Of a stretch of 25,843 nucleotides of DNA, positions 1-8,100 are shown piece by piece (within the stretch, counting starts at the first letter, position 1; each line of letters opens with the position of its first letter). This DNA comes from Nostoc sp. DedSLP01. GTDB lineage: Bacteria; Cyanobacteriota; Cyanobacteriia; Cyanobacteriales; Nostocaceae. The DNA is taken from assembly GCA_034530875.2 (NCBI GenBank), contig JAVRCJ020000067.1, positions 1 through 25,843 of the forward strand, read 5' to 3'. The notes under the pieces were generated by a model. It made no database searches. It saw only the letters and a program-made list of their open reading frames with translations, and was not told the origin of the DNA. Made by a program: the position numbers and the translations under genes.

Positions 1-2
1 GT

Positions 3-505
3 TTAAAAGTCAGCAGAGATTTAGATAGCACCAATTCATCGAAACCTCCGTCTGGGGACATCCTGAAAAAAAGTGAAACCAAAAAATCACCGACTCCAGA
101 AGAATCAAATCAGCCGAAAAAGAGACCAGGCGGACAACCAGGGCATCAAGGAAAGACTCGTAAGGGTTTTGGCAGAATAGATCGTTATGAAATCTTACGT
201 CCAGAAGATTGTGTTTACTGCGGTCAAAAAGCATTTGCGACCGTGGCAGTAAAAATAGAAAAACAGTCTGTAGCGCAATTAGTGGAACGTCCCATTGAAA
301 TAGTGGAGTATCAACGTCAGACGTGCGTGTGTGAATGCTGTGGAAATATACAAACAGCCTCATGGTCGCCAGATATCGTTCCAGGGCAAGATTTAGGGAT
401 AAGATTACAGGCGTTCTTAGGATGGGTAAACAATTATGCACATATGCCCTATGAAAAACAGCAAGAAATGTTGTGGGAACTAGGGCAAATTGAAATTTGG
501 AGTCA
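3..505 (+). pseudogene. IS66-family transposase, N-terminal fragment (truncated)
   Basis: Frame is open from position 3: NSSKPPSGD, KRPGGQPGHQG, Zn-finger CVYCG and CECCG, typical of IS66 TnpC. Similarity ends after LGQIEI (~500), with no DDE core. Confidence 0.85.
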
Positions 506-671
506 TTGTAAGATTTATTATTCAAAAACAATACTTCAGCATGAAATAGTAATTAGCTATCAGGCTAATATCTGTAGGAATAACGGTACTGATATCAAGT
601 ATTTATGCAATCGGCAATAAAAGTTTACAGTTGCTTTTGGTCAAGCTCAGGTTTTGGCTCCACTAAATACA

Positions 672-1196
672 CTTCTAAGTCAGGCGATCGCTTCCTTGAG
701 CGAACTGCCAATTTTCATCAACGATAACTCTTGCCCTTCTCTCAATGAAATCCGCAGTCAAGTTCGCCGGATATCATCGCAGTACGGTGGTGTTGGGCTT
801 GTGGTTGTGGATTATCTGCAATTGATGGCTGAAGGTGCTGACTCCAAGGCGAATATGACCGAGCGTGTTGGCGAAATCAGCCGGGGGTTGAAGAAACTCG
901 CCAAGGATTTGGATGTGCCAGTGCTGGCTCTATCGCAGTTGAGCCGTGAAGTTGAACACCGTAATGACAAACGCCCCATACTGAGCGATTTGCAGTCAAG
1001 TGGTGCAGTTGAGCAAGACAGTGATGTTGTCATCATGCTCTACAGGGAAGAAATGCATAATCCCGATACACCTGAGCGTGGCATTGCTGAGTTAATTGTG
1101 CGGAAGCAGAGAAATGGCCCTACTGGTACGGTCAAGTTGTTATTTGATAACCAGTTTACCTCTTTCAAGAACCTTTCTCGCGGTCGAAATTTTTAG
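672..1196 (+). pseudogene. dnaB: Replicative helicase DnaB, C-terminal fragment (copy 1)
   Basis: Has VVVDYLQLM (Walker B), SQLSR, EQDSDVV and KQRNGPTG motifs, but no N-domain or Walker A. The conserved LR(E/S)SG reads LQSSG. HIP1 at 684-691. Confidence 0.9.
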
Positions 1197-2413
1197 CAAA
1201 CTAGCTGGACATCAAAATATGAGTGCAACTTACCAACAACTCCTCAACCAATGGGCTACGCTTGCCCAGCCCTTTCAACGCGAACAAATGAACTAGTAAG
1301 AAGCAATCGATAAAAGTCTTAGTCTGAGTAGGTTTTAAGGCGTAAAGCAGTTGGAAGCAGACATGAAATTGCGTTAAATTCTCCTTCCATCGATGGAAGT
1401 CAACACCAGAAATATTAGCTTTAGTTTTGAGCTTGATGATGAGTGTCTAAAAGCCGCGCAGTTGAAAGGTGACGATGTTTAGTGTCAACGATTAAAGGTT
1501 CTCGCTTTTTCTTGACTTTGCGAATCGCCTTGAGAAAACGCTGAAGTTCGACTCTAGCTGCCAAATCTGGCTTTGACACTCAACACTACTTCATCAAAAG
1601 CTCTCCTTGGAAGAAGACTAGCGCTTGCCTGGTTTCAGGCAGCTTTCTTGCTTTTTAAGCTTGATTTTTTGATATTTTATCAAAAATTACAAAAGTTATT
1701 ACACCGATTTTTGCTAATTAGTCATCTGTATTTATACTATTTGATAAAAAACATATCAAATATTTAAAATATGTATAAATTAATACATTTCTTTCTATTT
1801 GAGAATTTCATCTGCAATTAGATAGAAAAAGTCTATCCCATACGATAGAAACTAAAATTATCAGCATCTTTTTTTAGAAATCTAGGTCAAAAAAGCTGTT
1901 ATGTCATCTGGCTTATGTCATGGTTTCATCACATAACTGTATAAACACTTGCTTAAATAGCTATTAAAAATACTTAAAGTATAATTTAATTACATTATCT
2001 AAAAAATTGCTCTAAGCATTTCCTGCTCCTATTTTAAACGATCTATCTAATTTTCACAGTAGAAAAGACACCGTGATAATATTTAAAAAGTCGTACTTTT
2101 TCTCTTATAAAAAGTCATAATAATTACTTTGTATATATAGAAATTAATTTAATACAAAATTACATAAAATTACGGATATATTTTTTCATGGAAATATTAA
2201 AAAATAATTAACTAAGTTAAGTTTTGCCATGCAAACTTAATGAGTGAAAATACTTTGTTGAAATGAAAGCGCAGCGGCTTGGCGCAGGTAATCGTCAAGG
2301 ATAGAAAGGGCGCAAAGAGAATAAGGATTTGCAAATCAGACAGTAATACTAGTATCTGCTAATAATCCGCAGCAAAAAGTTCATTCTGTATCTCTGTAAA
2401 TAATGGAGTTTTT

Positions 2414-3379
2414 ATGAGCAAATTTGTTTTGCCCAATTTATACTGTCCATTTCCATCGCAGATTAATCAGCATGTTGATATTCTGGAAGACTATGCTCTG
2501 GAGTGGGTAATGCGTTTCAACCTGTTGAAAAATGAATCTACTTATCAGCGTCTTTCCAAGTCAAAATTCTTTTTACTAGCAGCGGGTGCTTACCCTTACA
2601 GCCAGCTTGAAGAACTGAAGATTGCAAATGATTTGTTAAACTGGGTGTTTATTTGGGATGACCAATGCGATCTATCAGATTTAGGAAAACAACCAGAAGT
2701 ACTTAAGGGTTTCCATCATAGATTTCTGGAAGTATTGAATGGAGCGGAACCGACGAATAACGATATACCTCTTAGTTATGCTCTCAGTGACTTAAGGCAG
2801 CGAATGCTGAGAAAAGTGAGTAGAGAATGGTTCCTCCACTTTGTAAACGGCTTTAAGGAATGGTTCCACGGATATGAGCAGGAGGCAAGCATCCGGGTAC
2901 AGGATATTATTCCTGATGTCTCCACTTATATAACGTTACGTAGGTCAAGTGTGGGGGTAAATATTTTCCTCACATTAACTGAAATGTGCCATCAGTTGAC
3001 AATTTCAGATTTTTTGCGAAACCACGATGTAATGAAAAGATTAAAACTGATGATAGGCCATATTATTGCTTGGTCTAATGATATCTTTTCTGCATTTAGA
3101 GAAATGGCAAGTGGCGACGTTCACAATCTTGTAATTGTACTGAATCACCAGCAGCAAATTTCTTTAGACCAAGCAATCATAAATGTTGCAATCTTGCACG
3201 ATCTAGAAGTAATCAACTTGATGAGTTTAGAAGCATCTATTCCATCTTTTGGAGAAGAGTTAGATTCTCAATTGGCAAAATATATATCAGGATGTCATGC
3301 TTGGATACGTAGTAACCTCGATTGGTATTCTCACTCTGACCGTTATCAAAATATTGAAAGCCTGGAACTAGTTGCATAG
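2414..3379 (+). CDS. Class I terpene synthase (cyanobacterial sesquiterpene synthase type, germacrene A / selinene synthase-like)
   Basis: 321 aa with DDQCD (DDxxD), RRSSVG sensor Arg, NDIFSAFRE (NSE triad) and C-terminal W..RY (WYSHSDRY). GGAG RBS just upstream. Confidence 0.95.
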   Translation: MSKFVLPNLYCPFPSQINQHVDILEDYALEWVMRFNLLKNESTYQRLSKSKFFLLAAGAYPYSQLEELKIANDLLNWVFIWDDQCDLSDLGKQPEVLKGFHHRFLEVLNGAEPTNNDIPLSYALSDLRQRMLRKVSREWFLHFVNGFKEWFHGYEQEASIRVQDIIPDVSTYITLRRSSVGVNIFLTLTEMCHQLTISDFLRNHDVMKRLKLMIGHIIAWSNDIFSAFREMASGDVHNLVIVLNHQQQISLDQAIINVAILHDLEVINLMSLEASIPSFGEELDSQLAKYISGCHAWIRSNLDWYSHSDRYQNIESLELVA

Positions 3380-3502
3380 CATATTCAGCTAATTTACAAC
3401 TTTTGTGAGTGAATTAGTATTGCTCTAAAATTGAGGCTAAAAATTAGCGCAATTACCTAATTTATAAGATGAAAAATTACCTAATTAAAGGATGAAAAAT
3501 AG

Positions 3503-4891
3503 ATGCCATTACCCAATCCTATCAAAACTCCCGCTTTTCTACAAAAGCTGCAATGGATTGCTGACCCTGTGGGATATATGGAAAGCTCAGCCCAGCAGTA
3601 TCCTGACATTTTTGCGAGTAAAGTAATTGATTTTGCTGACAGTCCGATATTTGTAAACCATCCCCAGGGAATCCAAGAAGTTTTTAACGATCGCAAACAC
3701 TTTGCAGCTCCTGGTGAAGCAAACAGAATTTTACGACCCTTAGCAGGGGAGTGTGCAATTTTCATGCTGTCAGGTGAGTCTCATAAACGGCGACGACAAC
3801 TGCTAATGTCGCCCTTTCATGGTGAACGAATGCAGGCTTATGGTGAGATAATCTGTCAACTGACTGAAAAACTTTTAAATCAGTTACCCCTAAATAAAAG
3901 TTTCTCAGCTCGTAGTACGCTACAGCAAATTTCCCTGCAAGTCATATTACAGGCTGTCTTTGGTTTATATGAGGGGGAACGTTCCCAAAAAATTAAGGAT
4001 TTAATGTTATTACTTTTGGGAGTTTTTCGATCGCGACTGACTTCTAGCCTGTTCTTTTTCCCCATCCTACAAAAAGATTTAGGAGCTTGGAGTCCTTGGG
4101 GAAGATTTCTGCGCCAACGGCAGCAAATGGATGAATTGCTCTACGCAGAAATTGCTGAACGCCGCGAACAACCCGATCCAAATCGCATCGATATCCTCTC
4201 TTTGCTGATGGATGCAACAGATGAGATTGGTAACAAAATGACGGATCAAGAGTTACGCAATGAGTTAATAACCCTAATTTTTGGTGGACATGAAACCACG
4301 GCAACAGCGATGGCTTGGGCATTGTATTGGATTCATCGCAAGCCAGAAATCAAACAAAAACTCCTCGAAGAACTAGATAGCCTTGGTAACTCACCAGACC
4401 ATATAAGCATTTTTCGGCTGCCTTATCTAACTGCGGTATGTAATGAAACCTTACGTCTTCACCCTGTGGCAATTTTAACTTTGTCTAGGGTAGTGCAAGC
4501 AAAAGTTGAACTACTAGGACATCCGCTAGAGCCTGGTATGGTAGTGACTCCCTGCATTTATCTAGCTCATCAGCGTGAGGATGTATATCCACAACCAAAG
4601 CAGTTTAAGCCAGAACGCTTTCTAGAACGTCAATTTTCTCCCTATGAATTTTTACCTTTTGGTGGTGGTGTTCGTGGCTGTATTGGTCAGGCCTTGGCTT
4701 TGTTTGAAATGAAGCTAGTTTTGGCAACCATCTTGTCACGCTATCAACTTGCACTGGCAGATCAGCAACCGGAGCAACCTCTGCGTGAAGGTGTCACTGT
4801 TGTACCTGCCAATGGAGTCAAGATGTTAATTACAGGGCGGCGTGTGCGTCGAGAGTCTCCAGTACCTATGGCAACTACATCCGCCCTCTAA
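3503..4891 (+). CDS. Cytochrome P450 (CYP110-like)
   Basis: 462 aa with GGHETT I-helix, ETLR (ExxR), PERF and FGGGVRGCIG heme-Cys motif. Confidence 0.96.
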   Translation: MPLPNPIKTPAFLQKLQWIADPVGYMESSAQQYPDIFASKVIDFADSPIFVNHPQGIQEVFNDRKHFAAPGEANRILRPLAGECAIFMLSGESHKRRRQLLMSPFHGERMQAYGEIICQLTEKLLNQLPLNKSFSARSTLQQISLQVILQAVFGLYEGERSQKIKDLMLLLLGVFRSRLTSSLFFFPILQKDLGAWSPWGRFLRQRQQMDELLYAEIAERREQPDPNRIDILSLLMDATDEIGNKMTDQELRNELITLIFGGHETTATAMAWALYWIHRKPEIKQKLLEELDSLGNSPDHISIFRLPYLTAVCNETLRLHPVAILTLSRVVQAKVELLGHPLEPGMVVTPCIYLAHQREDVYPQPKQFKPERFLERQFSPYEFLPFGGGVRGCIGQALALFEMKLVLATILSRYQLALADQQPEQPLREGVTVVPANGVKMLITGRRVRRESPVPMATTSAL

Positions 4892-4905
4892 TAAGCTCAG
4901 GACTT

Positions 4906-5078
4906 ATACCGTTTTACTTTAATGTTGATACAAATAGGTAGCTTTTGAGCAGGAAAGCAAGGGTGCTTTGGATGTGTATCAGTAATTGAGTGAAAGGCGT
5001 TGCTGATTGAAAGTATGAATTAGTCTCACGCACTGGCTCGCCAGTGCGTGAGGTAAAAAATTATTTATGCAAGAAGTC
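4906..5078. repeat. Composite of small IS-derived/MITE-like repeats between the convergent genes
   Basis: Imperfect IR pair TTTTACTTTAATGTTGATACA / TGTATCAGTAATTGAGTGAAA. GGCGTTGCTGATTGAAAGTATGAAT (4996) resembles the IS1 end at 14590. TGCAAGAAGTC (5068-5078) resembles the reverse complement of the IS end at 25774. Confidence 0.55.
5025..5052. terminator. 12-bp perfect stem-loop, possible bidirectional terminator
   Basis: CTCACGCACTGG-ctcg-CCAGTGCGTGAG lies between the convergent P450 and kinase genes, but there is no clean U-tract. Confidence 0.5.
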
Positions 5079-5113
5079 TATTGATGACAAAAAGCATAAG
5101 TCCAGAAAGTATC

Positions 5114-8100
5114 TTATTGGCGGACAGGTATCTCAATGAGAAATTCAGTACCCTTGCCGATGGCAGAATTACAGGATAACTTACCCTTGTGTTTGTCGAC
5201 AACAACTTGATAGCTAATAGACAAGCCCAATCCAGTACCACTACCAATAGGCTTAGTAGTAAAAAAGGGGTCAAAAATCTTCTGACAAACCTTAGCAGAC
5301 ATACCACCACCGTTATCAGCAATGCGAATCAGCAAAGTATTTGAGTCTGCCAATTCAGTGCAAATGTGAATCTGTGGTTTGTTAGTAGTTTTTGCTAATA
5401 TTGAAGACTGACCATTAACCAATGACTCTTCAAGTGCATCAATGGCATTAGTCAGGATATTCATAAACACTTGATTGAGTTGACCAGCGTAACAACTAAC
5501 TAATGGTAGCTGCCCATATTTTTTAATCACCTCAATTTCCTGGCGATGTCTATCGACAAGCCGCTTTGCGTCTACGCTCTTTTCCTTAAGTCGATGCTGC
5601 AAGATCATTAAGGTGTTATCAATGCCTTCATGAATATCGACTGGCTTCATTTCTGCTTCATCCAAACGGGAGAAATTTCGTAAACCCAGAACAATATTGC
5701 GGATGCGCGAACTGCCAACTTTCATGGAATCGAGAATCTTCAGTAAATCTTGGGCTAGAAAATCTGCGTCAATCTCTGAGGCTATGTTTTGAACTGGCTG
5801 TGAAGGATTGGGATATTCCTGTTGATAAATAGCAATTAAATTCAGTAAATCTTGTACATAGTCACTGGCATGAGCAATGTTGCCATGAATAAAATTAATC
5901 GGGTTATTAATTTCATGGGCAATTCCCGCTACCATTTCTCCCAACGAAGACATTTTTTCGCTTTGAATCAATTGGCTTTGGGTATTTTGTAATTCCGAGA
6001 GTGCTTGTTGTAAACGTTGATTTTTGTCGTGAAGTTCCGTTGTTCTTGCGGTTACTTTTTCCTCTAATGTGTGGTTATGTTCCTCCAATTTTTGATTTGC
6101 TTGAGCCAAATTTTGATAAAGGATGGCATTCTCTAGAGAAATTGCGACTTGAGTGGTGAGGAGTTTGAGGATTTCCAGGCGATCGCGGGTAAATGCTACG
6201 GTTGTGAGATTATTTTCCAGGTAAAGAATACCCAGCAATTTACCTTGATTCAGAATTGGAATACATAATATACTCTTAGGTTGCTCGCGGATAATGTAGC
6301 GATCGCTAGCTAGAAAAACAACAGCTTTCACATCATCAATAACAAAGATTTCCCTAGTACGTTTAACATAATTAATTAAAGTAACGGGGACATCATTACT
6401 AGACTCTAAATCGGTGGATGGAAACTCTATAGAAGTACGAATCGTATTTGAATTGGAACTCACTGCACTCACACTTAAGCCCAAGCCATCGCCTTCACTT
6501 AACATCAACGCGGCTTTAGAAGCACCGGCATTTTCCATCACCACTGCCATTAAGGTAGAAAGTAATTGCTCTAGTTCGATTTCTCCAGATAATGCTTGAG
6601 AGGCTTTGATTACAGATGCTAAATCTAGCATCTGAGAAATGCTGGTGCTAGAACTAATGACTGTTTCGTGAGTACTGGGGCTACTAGATAAAGATATGCT
6701 CGGTTCAGTGGTGGTATGAGTTTTGGGTTGAGTTAGTAGTTTTTCTTGTTGGATGATAGGGGCAAGTAATTGAGGATAGCGTTGCTGTAAATCGTCAACT
6801 TTGGCTTTTGCTCCCCAGCGAACGTAGCAATAGTAGGCATCTGTGAGATAGGTTTGGGCAATTTTCTGTTTACCCCTTGCTAGATAAAACTTGGCAGCTA
6901 GTTCCTGTGCTAGTGCTTCTTCGTTGATGTATTCATTTTCTTGGGCAAAGGTGATGGCGAGATCGTAATAATCCATCGCTTCTAGATATTCGCCCAGAAC
7001 TCGATATCTTTCAGCCTCTACAAGATAATATTTGTGCAGATAATTCATCGGAGCGTGATTTGCCCATTTGAGCATCTTTTCTTGATTTGTAACTACCTTA
7101 TCAAGGATTAGATTTTGCTCAATTTTTTCGACATCAGAATACACTGCCAGTCTAGCCAAAGAATCATAAAAGTGTAAAATCGGAAAAATTATCTGCCCTA
7201 TACCACACTGTAAATATTTTTCAGCGATTGTGGCATTCTCAACAGCTTCAGAGAAATGTTGAAATAGATAGTAGTGATACAGTTTGCAGCAATAAAAATT
7301 TATCAGTCCGATTCCATCTTGAGATTGCAGATAAATCGGCAACATTTCATCTTCATTGTAGAATTCACCAATGAAACTACAGGGATTTTCCCCATATCCT
7401 CGCAGGTTGTACACACTCTGCCGATAAAGTTGCTGCCAATTAAATACTGTTTCTTGCTTTGCTTGCTTGATGGCATTGCTGTTGTTTGTCAACTCCTGCT
7501 CAAGTCCCGTTAGTTCTCTACCGATGAAATATGAAGAGTAGGAATAAACGTAAACAGATAAAGCTGCACAATCTAAATCTCCTGCTTCCAGTCCGTGAGA
7601 GTAAGCTTCTAATAAAGGTTGTAAACTTTCTCGGATATGCTCTTTCCAATACCTAATAGCGGAATTAAATGTTTGTAGGATTACACCTTTAACTTCTTTT
7701 GCATTGTATTTCGCTTGTAACTTCAAAGCTAACTGGCCAAATTGATAGCCAGATTCAATATCTCCCATTACCCCACAGAGAATTACTCCATAATGCACAT
7801 AAGCAAGGGCAGAAAAGGCGGTATTGCCATATTTAAACGATAAGCCGATCCGTTTGAGAGCAAATAGTAGGAAAATATTAGGAACTACTTGATAAGCAAA
7901 ATTAATTGCACTAGATAAGATACGCATTGCTGCTAGTGAGATGTCTTGTGTCATCTCTGGCAGGTGAATTAAATCCTCAATGCTTTTGCCTACCAAATTT
8001 GATGCTGTTTCTGCCAATGCTTGTTCAACATCTGATTGACTAGGATTCTCAGGAAACTCAACTTCCAATGATTTCAAAAAGGCTAATGCAGTCTTGACAG

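Noticed and set aside
654..1196. Functional DnaB helicase
   Set aside because: No N-terminal domain or Walker A, only a weak TTG start, and an R-to-Q change in a conserved motif.
1219..1767. Short ORFs after dnaB copy 1 and a possible transposase tail on the - strand (LQRFLKAIRKVKKKR...HLSTARLL)
   Set aside because: Multiple stops and no motif I can assign with confidence. BLASTX would be needed.
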